Shown here piece by piece: positions 13,511 to 26,950 of a stretch of 64,000 nt of DNA. The stretch's first letter is position 1, and every line of letters begins with the position of its first letter. The stretch is from Camelus ferus (lineage: Eukaryota), in contig NC_045697.1 of NCBI RefSeq assembly GCF_009834535.1, positions 24,926,001 to 24,990,000 of the forward strand, written 5' to 3'. The notes below the pieces were generated by a model. It was not told where the DNA came from. It saw nothing but the letters and a program-made list of their open reading frames with translations, and did not search any database. The position numbers and the translations under genes are program-made.

Positions 13511-13538
<28 letters not shown>
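13511..13538 (+). repeat. (TG)14 microsatellite
   Basis: Perfect TG run. Confidence 0.97.
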
Positions 13539-13543
<5 letters not shown>

Positions 13544-14069
13544 CCCATCAAACTAAATTTAAGAATGGTAACCTCTAAAATGAACCCAAGATCTATATCC
13601 AGACCTTTCAGAAGGGGCATTTTTACTGTAGAGAAATATGAGGTAGTGATCTGGTGAACTGTGGCTTCTAGAGGGACAAGAAGTTGATAGAACAAAAACA
13701 CAGGCTCAACAGAAACCTGAAAGCAAAGTTCAGCTAATTCCACCACCCAGTCATAAATATATTTTACTTTTGTAATTTAAATGTAAATGCTGAGAAAAAA
13801 AAAGATTTCTAATATACAATTCTACATTCCTTCAAAAATCAAAGAAAGATAAAAGTATCTTTGAGCATCCAAAAACTCAAAACATTCACCAGTAATATTA
13901 TTTTTAAATAAAATCATAAGTAATGCAACAAAATAAATATTAAATGAATAAATATTAGAAAGAGGACAATCTAAAATAAAACAAAACTTGAAGAAATCAG
14001 TGAAATTTACAGCAAGTGTTCATGACTCATAAAAAATATTTAATGTAATACATGGAAATATTTGGCATA

Positions 14070-15960
14070 CTCATTCCATACTTGGTATTCAAGAACTATT
14101 GACTGATCACCATGCTGAGAAAAAAATTTCAAGCTATGAGGAAAATGCAGTACTTAAAATATATATAAAAAAAACTATATCCTCATTAACTTGTAAGGGA
14201 GAAACAAACATAAAGATAAATAAAATACTTTACATATTCTATGTAGAAAAACAAAGCAGAGAATGCATAGAAAATATTGGAGAGGGCCAGGAAAAATTGC
14301 AAACTTAGTGAAGACATGAAAAATTCCCTGAAAATAGAATGCTTGACTAAATAATGAAGAAAGGGTGGGAACAATGTTCTGAGAGAAAATACATTTCAGG
14401 CAGAAGGAAGAGCAGCTATTAAACTACTGAGATAGTTCAAGATACAATGACAAGGCCAGTATGGTTGAAGCATAAAGAACAAGATAAGTAATGTTGTAGA
14501 GGATGATGTAAGAAAATATCTTGGGGTAAAGAAGGAGGGATTCAGATCATATATATCCTAAAAAGTCACTGTTAAGACTGGCTGTTACATGAACGAGGAT
14601 TATGAACTGATGAATGACAGGATGTGACTTATCATTAATATTTTAACATTTCTTTTCTGGTTAATGGTTGAAAATAAACTACAGGTGACCCAGGACAGTA
14701 GCAGAGAGAATAGTTAGGAAGCTATTACAACATTCTAGGCAAAATATGATGGCTTTGAACTGGATGAAATTGCTATTTTCTTTATATTTTGAAGGTACAT
14801 TTAATGACATTTCTTGACAAATTGAATTGGTTCTGAAAAAGAATTTAAGAATGACTCTAAGGTTTTTGGCTCAAGTAAGTGGAAGAATGAAGTTACCATT
14901 TATGGCAACAGGAAAGGCTCTTAGAGAAACAAATAGGGCTTATACTTGGGGTTCATGTTCAACTCATGATGAGCTGAATATTCCAATTAGATATTTAGTC
15001 AGATATTTTTAGTTCACTGTTAGATATACAAGTTAGGAGTTAAAGGAATTGGAACAGAGATATAAATTTTAGAGCCATCAGGGCTTAGAGGAGATTTAAA
15101 ACACTAAGACTAAGTGAAATATACAAGGATATTAGTTCAGCTATAAAATAGGAAAGTAATTCATTCCTGCAGGATTCTAAAGTTTAGAGGGTGGAAAGAT
15201 CAAAACTGTCCGGCAAAGCACAAGTAGTAAAGAACTCGAGATAAAAGAGGAAAACTAGAAGTATGTGGTATCCTGGGGCCATAAAGAAAGTGTTTCAAAG
15301 AAGGGAGAGTGTTTTGCTTTTTGGTTTTTTTTTTTTTTTTTTTTTTTTGTATGCCTACCAATAGGTTAATAAAGATGTGGACTGAGAGGATTGACTTTTA
15401 TATTTAACACAGTGCACGTGATTTTTGACTTTTACTAGGGCAGGTGGGGTGAAAGTTTGATTGAAATAGGTTTTAAAAAGAAGGAAAGGAGAGAAATTTG
15501 AGACAGCAATACAAACTGTTCTTTCAAGGAGTTTTGTTATAGGCGGAAGAAGAAAAATAAAAGGATAGGAAAAGGGGAAGTGGGATAAAAATAGTTTTGT
15601 TTTTGTTTGCTTTTACTATGGAAGAAATAACATGATTGCATGCTGAAATGAACAATTAAAGAGTAAGGAGGAGGCTTTTTTTTTTTTTTTAAATGTAACA
15701 GAAAAGACATGGAGATAATAGCCTGGTGAGAGGATTTGGGTTTTAGCCCATGAACAGAAAGGTTTCCTTAGGCCCATGTATTGTCCAACCATACAAAAGG
15801 ACAGAATGTATAGTAGTTTGATGCTTAGCCAAATACAATCCTAGAAGTAATGAATTAAGAATCAAGCTCTTCAGCAGAGAATGACAGTAGGGTAGATGAG
15901 TTAGAAGTTTGAAGAGAGAGAAAATACAAAATTCTATTTAAGAGAGTAGGAAATCAAACT
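14070..15960 (-). mobile_element. L2 LINE, ~1.9-kb degenerate 3' portion
   Basis: Purine-rich reverse L2 signatures: GTTAGGAAGCTATTACAACATTCTAGGC, ATGACTCTAAGGTTTTTGGCT, TTCTTTCAAGGAGTTTTG. Confidence 0.8.
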
Positions 15961-16699
15961 ATATACATATATTACAATAATACAGTGGTCCACTTAAAAA
16001 ATAATGATAGAACATACAAATATCTATCAAGTTCAGTGAAGCAAAAGTAGAGAAATTTTCTTTAAATGAGTGTTATTCTAAAGGAAATGAGTATGTATCT
16101 GTAAACAAATTTTAAATATAAATGAAATAGTGATATACTAGGAAAAGCTGTATGTGCAACAAATAGGCATTGAAAAGTTAACAACAACAACAACAAATAC
16201 TTTACTAGACTACCAATGACTTTAAAAAACAAAGAAATTTAATTTCAATTAGTAATATTTAAGGTCATGGTCACTGAAATCAAATTTTTTTTCCTGATTT
16301 TAGTATACACTGTGTAATCCTGGCCAAATTTTATGCCCCGTTGCCACATCTTTTAAAATATTGGTATAGTATTGGTATAATAGCACAATGCTTTTTGTTA
16401 TTGTTGATGCATGAATTACAAAACAGTTCATGTAACATTTTTAGTGTGTTGCCTAGCATATAAATTAATATTATCATTATAACTACTCTCTACTCCCTTG
16501 AAATGTCCATGTCCATTGGTTTTACTATAAGTACTTTCAAAACTTTAAGATACTAAAATGTTAAGAGTATGTAAGACAGTAACTATTTATACATGATTCC
16601 AAAAATAAAATTGGAAAAAAACAGAAAAAACAAATACATGATATTTACCTGAATGGCTCAGACCAAATACAGTAGTATATTAAAATATAACATACAACT

Positions 16700-17227
16700 C
16701 TCATACTTACTATTGCTGTAAAATTTATTATATCGAAACTTAGTGCCTTAAAGCATCAACTTTATTTTGTTCCTAATTTCATGGGTCAGAATCTCGGAGA
16801 AAGCTTGGCTAGGAAGTTCTCTCTTCAGTCTCATATGGTTAAAGTTGAGTGTCACCTGAGGCTGCTGTCACCTGAAATCCCAAAGGGGCTGGTCATGCAA
16901 GATGACTTACTTGACTGGATGCTGATGCAGTCAGTTTCAGCACTGCTGAAACCATCCATTGGAGCACCTCTATATGGCTTCTCCCAGAGTCATCTTAGTG
17001 CGTTTGAACCTCTCAGACTGTAATTCAGGGGTTCAAAAAAGTAAGCTCCCCACAGCCAAAGCAGAAGTTACCTGGACTTTTATGACCTAGTCTTGGAAAT
17101 CTCACAGTGGAATTCCTGCTATTCTTTATTGGTCAAAGCAGTTACAAGCCTCTCACACTCAAGTTGTAGGACATGGACTCCAACTTTTTGATTGGAATAG
17201 AGCCATTAATAGAATTAACCCCACACA
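16700..17227 (-). mobile_element. MaLR LTR (MLT1F/G/H-like)
   Basis: AAACTTAGTGCCTTAAAGCA...ATGGGTCAGAATCT...TTTTATGACCTAGTCTTGGAAATC...ATTGGTCAAAGCAGTTACAAG. Confidence 0.8.
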
Positions 17228-17269
17228 TGATTAAGATGAACTAATTTAAAGAATGAAAGAATGGTTTAT

Positions 17270-17357
17270 ATCAGAATTTTTAATACCTTCTCAATAGAGG
17301 TAGAAGAGGTATTTGATAAAATTCAATGCCTATTCTTGATTAAAATTTTGAGGAGTA
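17270..17357 (+). mobile_element. Ancient L1 ORF2 (RT) fragment hosting the SINE
   Basis: TCAATAGAGGTAGAAGAGGTATTTGATAAAATTCAA translates SIEVEEVFDKIQ, cf. L1 SIDAEKAFDKIQ. Confidence 0.7.
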
Positions 17358-17497
17358 GGGGAAGGGTATAGCTCAAGTGGTAGAGCACATGCTCAGCACA
17401 CAAGAGGTCCTGGGTTCAATCTCCAGTACCTCCTCCAAGCAGAAATCAATGAATAAACCTAATTACCTCACCTTCATAAAACAAACAATACAAGCAA
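17358..17497 (+). mobile_element. tRNA-derived SINE (camelid-type) with TSD
   Basis: A box TAGCTCAAGTGG, B box GGTTCAATCT, A-rich tail; TSD AAAATTTTGAGGAGTA (17342-17357) / AAAATTTTTGAGAAGTA (17498-17514). Confidence 0.92.
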
Positions 17498-17840
17498 AAA
17501 ATTTTTGAGAAGTAAGCTACTAGGAATCTTCTGCAAATACTATTGATTGCCAGGGGAAAATATCAGCCTCAATGAGAAAATATTTAATCATTTAACAAAT
17601 ATTTATTGAGCATCTATCATGAGAAATACATTTTCTTTGACACATTTATTGCACATCTAGTCTGTGTTATAAGATACAGAATATGTTTTCGTTCAAGATA
17701 GAACAATGCATAAACAATATATATACTAAGTGGAATTTACTAGAATAGAGGAAAAAAGAATACTATATCTGATCTTACCTGTATATGTTTAGGAAATTCC
17801 TACTTATTCTTTAAGATGCAGCCCTCTCATTATGTCCTAT

Positions 17841-18075
17841 TAGAGGTTGGCACATGATGGCTTCCCAGCTAAGTCCATCTTATTTCCTGTCTTTTTTTTT
17901 AAATAAAGTTTTATTGGAACACATAGCAACATCCATTCCTTTACTAACTGTTTCTGGCTGCTTTGATGCTATGTTGGTCAAATGTCACAGTCAAATCTCA
18001 AAACAGACAACACATGGTCTGGAAACTTGAAAATATTTACTAACTGGTACTTTGTAGCAAAAGAAATTTTGCTCT
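17841..18075. mobile_element. hAT-Charlie MITE (MER58A-like)
   Basis: AAATAAAGTTTTATTGGAACACA and AAAATATTTACTAACTGGTACTTTGTAG match MER58A as recalled. Confidence 0.75.
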
Positions 18076-20819
18076 TTTTAATATAAAGATTTCTTGGATT
18101 TGCCAAACAGAAATTTTTGTAACATAAAAAATACACTTGAAATACAACTTTAATAGATCTTTTTATACTCTTTTGACTTTGTTTCCCTTACCATGTATAA
18201 GTTTTTGAGGGAAAGAATTATGATTTAATCATCTTTGAATATTAAGCTACTAATACAGTGTTAGAAATATTGTTGTAACATTAAAAAGTTTATAGATACA
18301 TGAATAAATGCTTGCGCTCCAGTTCCAGTCTTCCCTAATTACTCCTTCTCTCTTGGTGATCTCTTCTGTTCCTGCACTTTCAGATAACATCTCTAATGGA
18401 GATTAATCCTCAATTTAAAGGTGTCCTTCACATCTTTTCAACACCTGAGAGGGAATTTCCAAACAGATATGTTGCAGTTGATTTAAATTCGATACATTCT
18501 TCTTAAGATCAATTATTTCCTTTCACAGGAAATATACTTCTTTTTATAATCGTATTTAATCAATGGCCACATCCAGATAGTACTCCATAATAATTAAGAA
18601 TATTAGCAGAGGAGACAAAGAGAAAAGGAGATAACTATCTTAATTTTATCCAGACAAGAAAACTGAATGTCAACCCTGAGCATATGAGGTAATGAATAGG
18701 AAGTTACTAATTAGCCATGTATTTATGCTAATTCTACCTCTGAAATGTCTATTAGACTTCTTGCTTCCATTCTTTGTGATATCACACGCATTCATTTCCC
18801 AAAAAACAGACTCCTAAACTTTTATGACTGAAATATAATTCTAATTGTCTTGTCTCTTAACTGTCCTCATCAACCCATTCTTTTATTTATTTCACCCAGT
18901 ATATAATGTAAGAGTGTTTAGGATATAAAAAACACTGTGCTAGGTGCTGAGTTTAGGACAGTGAATAAGAGAGTTCCAGGTCTTCAAGGCTTCTATTTGG
19001 AGCAAAAATAAAATTAAATTAAAAAATTAAATTATACAAGTTTTCCCCCCTACACTGTAGTCAGAGTTAGTTAACAAAAAATGAAAACAGAAAAGTCACT
19101 CTCTCCCCTGATCAAAATTCCTCAACGATTATCTTTCTCTTCATGTACTCTCAATTCCTTTGCACATTTTTCAAGCTTTCCCCTTTCTGATACCTCTATC
19201 TATCCTGTTTCAACTATGCCTTTTTCCTTTAAATACCATTTGTGTTAGCCATTTTCCAGCATAAACGGTATGCATTTTCACATCTCTGTAGCATTGCTCA
19301 AACCTCTACTTCTAGAGAAAGTCTACAAAGAAGAGTTTTGATATAAGGTGTTAAAAAACAATGATATAAGATAACAGAGGAAAAACTTCACTACCCTTTT
19401 ATGATGTTGCATAGTCTAGACACATTTCAAACTAGTGAGTAGATAAGTTCATGAATATGTAAGTCTGATGGGGCATATTTCATAAATGGTTTAACTTTTA
19501 AGTTGTGATGGATTAAACCTACATATACAAATTAACAAATGATGCAAGAAAAATCTGCATTTGTCGTGGAAACTCAGAAATGAAGACATTCACATGTGAG
19601 AAATCTCAAGGCATTTCTACAAGGTGATGTGTTAAAGCAGTCTCAAGGAAAAGAGGAATGATTATAATTTGTTGATTAAGAAGTAAAAACATGGAGAAAG
19701 AAGAGAAATATGTAACCAGGAAAATCTAATAAATTCCCTTAAGCTCAGAACTCCAGGGACAGGAAATAAAGGTTGCTTTGGGAAAGTGGATTACTTTTGA
19801 AGGTGAATTACTCTTAATTATGTTTGTGCATTAAAAAATAAATGAGGTGATGGAGTGTTGAAGAAATTGGGGAACTGTTCATCCATTCCCTTCTGAACTA
19901 CATAGCATTGAGGGAAGGAAGAAAATAGAAATGTTCTCACACCTGGCTTCTAATGATAGTATTTCTGCAAGACATAAAAAGAAGGACCTGTTCCAGTAAA
20001 TACAAAATAAGTCTTTGGCCTGAGATACTACTCACTGTCAAGGTTACTTTCATGGGATGTCTATGTCAATCTATTCCCAACACACTTTATCATTCTAGCT
20101 TTTGAAATGTATGCACTTCCTTTACATTAGGAGAAGACAATTAAGTGGAGATGGTCATCATTTCTTACAGAACATGCAAAAATTCTGAGCATTGAGTAAA
20201 TATATCACTTCCTTTGCAAGAATAACAAAACAAAAAATCTAGATTCTTGATATTATTTTAAATAGGGCTCAATATACAGAATCAGAGAAGAAACTTCAAT
20301 GAGAGTACTCACAGCAATTAAAACAAAATCGTAACAGAACCAAAGCATTTAGGAATTTTTTTCTCTCTAATTTATATTTTCAACAAAAGTCAAGAGTCTA
20401 TTAACCCCTGAGATCAGAAGAGGCCATCATGAAAAGAGAAAAAACAAAACAAAACAAAACAAAAAACTCTGGAAAATTGCTTTGATAAGAAAGCAATAAA
20501 TTAAAGGCTTAAAAACATCGAATAAACTCAAAGGCAATAAAGAAAAAAAGGACTAAAAACAAATGAAAACCCAAGAATTTACTCCTAGAAATAGCACAAT
20601 GGTAATTTGGACCTAATGTTCCTGAAAAAAATTATGTTATGGTAAATATAAGACATATTTTCAAAAGTACTTCAAAAGCTAACAATGTAAATACAACTGC
20701 TGGGATGAGATCATCGAGAGGACACGATCCAGTGCTGTTTTCCTCTGAGGACTTTGTTAATCTGAAACAGATGGTACAGACTAATCTGTACTCGAAAATC
20801 TTCTGTGCCACTGCATTAT

Positions 20820-21925
20820 AATTCCAAAAATCAATTTCATGTTAATCGTAGGTCTAAATGTTAAAGGTAAAATAGAATGGCTTCCAGAAAGTAATGTGGG
20901 AGTCTATACCCACTACCATAAGTAGGCAAAGATTTTCCCAACAGGATCAGAAAGCATGTATCATTAACAAGATCACTAACTGGCATATCTGTGATATTAG
21001 GAGCTTCTCCCCACCAAAAGTACCATTAAGTGAGTGTAAAGGCAAGCCAAGAACTGAGATAATTTATTTTCAAATAACCCACTGGAAAAAACGTGTAAAA
21101 GACAAGAAGGTGTCACAAATGAAGATTTACAAAAGACCAGCTATGTAGAAAAAGGTGCTCAATGTCAATAAAGAAAAGAAAATTAAACCAAAATGAAATA
21201 TTAATATTTATTAATCAGAATGACTAAAATTAAAAAGTCTAGTAGTGTTAACTGCTGTTGAGTTTATGGAACAATTAACAATTTCATACACTTAATGATG
21301 GGGTGTAAACTGGTACAGAAATTTTGAGAAAATGTTTGTCCTTACTTATTGAAGTTGAGGGTATGCAAATTATAAAACCTACTGATTCTTTCCTAGGTAC
21401 ATACACAACAAAATTTTGTACATACATGACCCTAAAGATACACATAAGAGTGTTTAAAGCAGTATTATTCAAAATAGCTCCAAACTGAAATGATCCAAAT
21501 ACCCAGTAAAATGAATCTGGAAGTCCATTTAACAAATCCTATAATAGAAGAATATCTAGCCACATGTACAATGTGGATGGATTAACTATGGCCACATGTA
21601 CAAGAATAAATTTCCAAATGTATTATTAAGCAATAGAAGCAAGGTATAAACTAATTATGGTATAAAATTCCATTTATACTAAGGTAAAAAATGGCAAAAT
21701 TCTGCCACAGAGTTGAAAACCAAAACAGAGGTTATCTTTCTGAGAGGAGTAATACATAAATTGGAATATACCTATGTAGGGATTCTTGATGGCTAATAAC
21801 ATTTAATTTCTTGATTTAGATAGTAGATCCCCAAGTGTGTTCACTATGTGATAATTAATTGATCTACACTTCATGATCTATGAAGTTTTCCCTATGTGTA
21901 TTCTAAGTTAGTGAAAGTTTAAAAA
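20820..21925 (+). mobile_element. Very degenerate L1 (L1ME/MC-like) 3' region
   Basis: GGGTGTAAACTGGTACAGAAATTTTG, AGCAGTATTATTCAAAATAGCTCCAAACTG, ATTTCTTGATTTAGATAGTAG. Confidence 0.7.
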
Positions 21926-22927
21926 TATCCTGGAGATGTGCAGAGCCAAGCATAGTCATGCTTATGTTTCATTATATTTTACAACATTGAAAAATTGGAA
22001 ACAACACAAATGCTTAGCAACAGGGGATTTGCAAATTCAACACAGTGTACCAATATAAGAAATATGCAAGTTTCATAGTATACTAAAACAACATTTAATG
22101 CTATGAAGAAAAATATGATATGTTAGATAAAGAGGGAAGATTAAGAACAATGTACACAATAAATATTCATACATATAAATGTGTTCATGCATTTCCTATT
22201 TAACATTCCTCCTACTAGCACCAATTTAGTCCAAGTCTATTCCTATATAAATATGCCTTAAATTTATATATGTATATATATACATATGTACATACACATC
22301 ATTGTTGTTTTTATCATTCTCTGAGTGCTGTCATACACTATTAACTAAAGAGAATCAACTTGGCACTTTCTACTGTACATTCTCATCCAATGAGTGTAAT
22401 GAAGTCTGTATACTGTAACTATTCTCAGTCAGTGACTGCTACATTGTGCTCATCTGATTTCACTGGGATCTGGATTTTTGCCATTTATGTCTGTACAATC
22501 TCTTTTTCTGCCTTAATTTTTATTTGAGGGAACATTGTTGACCCATAGTGCCTGTCAAATGGTCAGGCTGCTCGGTTTTTTTTTTTTTTTTCCAACTTTT
22601 TCAAAGATACAAAGGACAATTCTAAATGTAAAACCTATGTTAGAGCTACACAAAAAAATCTCTAAGGAAATCATAGCAGGGACAGGCAAAACTTTAGAAA
22701 AAAAGTTTGAATTGTTGGAATTTCTATGAAAGTCTGAAGAGTATTTATAAACATTAGTGCTGTCTGGAAGAACTGAATCCTAACTGTAGGATGCTGACTG
22801 AGAATGTGGCAGGGATTATGTTATGATTTGTGAAGAGCCACCTCCATGGGAATTAATGTAAAACAGCATTGTTCAGGAAATAATCTTACTTTTAACAATA
22901 AATGGCCCAGTATAAACAGAATATAAA

Positions 22928-22968
22928 CTATCTATCTATCTATCTATCGATCTATCGATCTATCTATC
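22928..22968 (+). repeat. (CTAT)n microsatellite with two CGAT variant units
   Basis: CTATCTATCTATCTATCTATCGATCTATCGATCTATCTATC. Confidence 0.95.
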
Positions 22969-25804
22969 CCACTATTGTAAGGGTGATTATCTCAAGGCAA
23001 TGAAGTTATAGTTGATCATATTTTATTGCTACATTAAAAAATTATCTACTCATAAAAATAGTGACATTATTGAAGCTAATAAATTTTAAAAAATGGTTTT
23101 CTCTCCATTTCATCCCATCACTTCAGTCATGCTTATTTTATTTAGTTAAGTGCCAAAAGCAGAAATATTTTGAAAGTGATCATTTTGAATTGAATTTTCC
23201 TAATAGAACTTTAAAATCATTGTTTATTTAGAAAAGAACTATATATTTTAAAAATATTTATTTAAGTTAAGGCTCAAGTTGAAGGAACAACTCAAATCTA
23301 TTACTTTATCATAAATACTATTTACATGTAGATTTCATATTCTTCTCTGCATTAGCAATATAATCTAAAAATGTATTAAAATGTTTGAAAGCTTACTTGT
23401 TCAGTGCACCTTCTCTTACTACTCTATAATGCCATTCAGAGTACCATTACAGGGTACAAAATGAAATTTCATTATTGATTAGAATACACATTTAAAGGTC
23501 AACTCTAGCAAAGCATTTCAAAACTTGATTAGATTATGCTTGTTAAAGTTTCTGCACACCTTTGAATTTCAAAGTAATTATATTTAAACAATATATCGGT
23601 AGGAAAAAGTATGGTTATGTTGCAAACTGTGACATTATTAGGTCAAATAAGGCATTTCTAAGTTGATGCCATTTAAAAGTTTTCACATTTCCAAAGAAAA
23701 CACAGATTTGGGTTCATATTGGTTTCAAACTAATTAGGTACTTTTATATAGCCTATTTCCTTTAGTAAGGAAGATACGTGTATATATTATATACTTTCAG
23801 GTTTTACATTTTTTAAAGTCTTCAAAATAGATGAAATATTAATTCTTTATATAAAACTTCACAAGTGTTCATTTTATCATGTCTACTTTCCAAAAGAAGA
23901 ACAGATTTTCAGTTATATTACTCTCCTAATTTGTTTTAACTCTATTAAAATTATTCTCTTGGAGATGGCTTAAAGCTGATTACTTGGGTTTCAGTCATTT
24001 TTAAAATATGAATCTGTGAAATAATGTCTTTCAAAATAACACATTTGATAAATTTTATCCCATATATAGACAACTTGAATTTATAAATGGAAATATATTT
24101 ATGATACTATATTCTAATAACACATTTTAAAACATTTCTAGAATATAAAATTTGAATAGAATAAACATTCTTACAGATCATCATTTAACTCCATGAGCAA
24201 TTTTATATAGCCTGAATCCTGATTCAGAAAACTTAATCAAGTATTTACTTTTCTGTAAGCAGTTATCCTAAGCATCCTGTCAATCTCTAATACAATATTG
24301 AACAATTAAATGGTTAACTGTATCCATATTTTTAAAATTTATTAACTGGTATTAGGGCCTTATACTGGATTGTAATTTTTAAAAAAACTTTCCTTGGTAT
24401 TAATCATTATGCCAGTATTTTACAAAAAATATACAATCACTTTTTACTAAACCATTTCTTATACAATTAACAGCAATTGTAATCTGTGACATAAATTATG
24501 CTTTTAATTGTTAACTCATTCGATAAACAGCGTTATCACATAATGTGGCCGAACTACACATTAAGAAATAATTTCAAAATTTCTCAAAATTCAATGTTTT
24601 TTGAGAAAGAAAGAAATTCAGAGTGCACTGAATGAATAGATTAAATACAATTTTACATGACTCAAATCATCTCTGATACCTGGCTTTGAAAAGAAATGGG
24701 ATTAATATAATCCCAGGAGATAGATGTCCATAATAAAATAATCAAATGTATTATACTCAGAAAAATCAATGGATTACTCTTTTCAGGACATGTTCAGGTA
24801 TATATAGCAAGGAAGATATAGTTTACATCAGTCAGTGAGTCTTTATCATGCTCAAATATTAGTCCTTCCTAAAAATGAAAAATGGAACTAGGATGCTTCT
24901 CAAATTGTTAAAACTTTGAATAATTATTGTTATTCTACTAAATTTTTATGGTTAAATCCATGGAATAAAGACCAAAATTATCTCCTTTCCAATGGAGTGG
25001 TCTTTAACCCAGTGTACAATATTCTCTGAACTCAGATGATAAATCCTCTAAAAGAGTTCACTGTAATTTTCAATAAAGTAGGCTCCTATTATTTTCTTTT
25101 AGAAACTCTGCATTTTTACACAATTGGATGCTCAAATAGTGTCAAAGTGGTGAACATTACTCGTGGAAAAGAGAACGGATTAACAGAATATTACAATGAC
25201 TTTGGTTCAGATATAAAATTTCTGTCTCTTTTTTCTTGACAAGAGTTACCTAATCTTGATTACACAAGGAAATATTCCCAAGAATATCAACCAGGTAGTT
25301 TTCTTGTGGATTAGAGATAAATTTCCATGGCATTTTTAGGCTGTGGTGTCACATTTTGAAATGCAAAAACAAAATTCCTATAATTTAGTAAATTAGTTAC
25401 TTTTTCAAATTTTAAATAAAAGAGTAATATCTATAATACATTATGGAATTAAATGCTGAAAGTTTATGAACTTATTAGAGCAATCAGATTTTCTTACATG
25501 GAAATTCAGGGCCTCCACCATACATACTACCTAGGCTGTACTTCTCATTTTCATCACTCGCCTAACAATGGGGAGCAGTCAAGTTCGGAGTCCCTTACCT
25601 TGCAGGAATGGGCCAGCACTAATATCCCACAGTGCTCAGCAACTGTCTGGGGCTGCCCACTGAAGGTGTGACTTAGGTGTAAAGACTACTGTCAGTTGAT
25701 CATGCTTCCTGCAGTGGAAGATCCAAAAGACATGGTTTCATGACATCTATCAATCAGTTTAGTTAAAAATAATGGCAAAGCAAAAATAATTATAGAAACA
25801 ATCA

Positions 25805-26004
25805 TAGTCATCCCTCGATATCCGAGGGAGTTGGTTGCAGGACCCGTCTCGGATACCTCCATCTCCATGGTTCCACATGCACTGATTCAACCAACCTGGA
25901 ATCATGTAGTACTATAGTGTTTACTAGTGAAAAATTAAAAAAAAAAAAATCTGCTTCTAAGTGGACCTGTGTAGTTCAAACCCATGTTGTTTAAGGGTCA
26001 ACTG
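25805..26004. mobile_element. TcMar-Tigger MITE (MER8/Tigger2-like)
   Basis: Termini TAGTCATCCCTCGATATCCG... and ...GTTCAAACCCATGTTGTTTAAGGGTCAACTG. Confidence 0.85.
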
Positions 26005-26149
26005 TAGTAGATTTGATAACATCTAGGAGCACATTTTTGAAAAGATCGATAAAATACTAAAATTGTTTAGCAATTCAAATCACAGGAAAAAATGGAAAAA
26101 AAATATCATAAAGTGCATACAACCTCAGCAATAAAGAAGAGTACATATT

Positions 26150-26385
26150 TCAGAGTTTGAGATCATGGTATCTGGAGCCAGGAATCCCTGGTGCAAATCT
26201 GGACAAATGTTACTAGATATATTATTAGACATGTGAGTTATCTTATTTAAAGCTTAGTTAACTTATCTGTAAATCAGATATAATATTAGTTCTTCACTCA
26301 TATTTTTTAACTTAGATGTGTGAATATATGTAAAATAGAGTCATGCCTGGCACACAGTAAATTTGTATAAGTGTTTTCTCCTATT
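26150..26385 (+). mobile_element. MIR SINE
   Basis: TCTGGAGCCAGG...CTTATCTGTAAA...TGCCTGGCACACAGTAA. Confidence 0.7.
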
Positions 26386-26520
26386 CAATAAACCCCCAAA
26401 CGTCAGGGACTTTTGTCTGCTTTGTTCATGGTTTTATCTTCAGTACTTAGAAGAGTACCTGATAAGTAGTATTTGATCAGTAAATAGCTATTAAACTTAT
26501 AACTGAAAAGTGTAAGCCGT

Positions 26521-26950
26521 TATAGTGGAGGCTGTAGCTTGCCTCTCAAACTCCTCCCTCAGCACTGTAGAGCTCGTTGTCCCCGCCACTGGGTGGGCCG
26601 GCGGCTAAGGGCTTTCAGGAATTGCATCAAGTGGAAAAAGATATTTCTCCATGACGCCTGCCCAGAGCATCCTGCATTGGTTGGTCAATGCCAAGTTGTA
26701 TGCGCCTGTCCCTCTTGCACCAAGGAGAGACATCGATGAAAAGTCATCCTGGCACTCAACTCCTCGCAGAATCAAAGGGTCACCAAACATCTTTGTCAAG
26801 ACTGCACTGAGATTCAACTTCTCACTCTGACCAGTCTTATTTCCTCTACACCCTCCCTCTCCTGCTGATCTCTAGAGCACTCCCCAATAGTCTTCCTGCA
26901 TCTGAAGCTCCATGTTAAGAGTCTCATTCCTGGGGAACCAATGGAAAACA
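26521..26950 (+). mobile_element. ERVL LTR (LTR16-like)
   Basis: Locally GC-richer; 3' end GAGCACTCCCCAATAGTCTTCCTGCAT...AGAGTCTCATTCCTGGGGAACC as in the LTR16 family. Confidence 0.7.

Noticed and set aside
17358..17435. tRNA gene
   Set aside because: Has A and B boxes but continues into a SINE body, A-rich tail and TSD; no clean cloverleaf
25490..25750. Possible old LTR fragment or exon
   Set aside because: GC-richer and LTR-like, but family and ends are not identifiable; the 72-aa ORF has no recognisable homology
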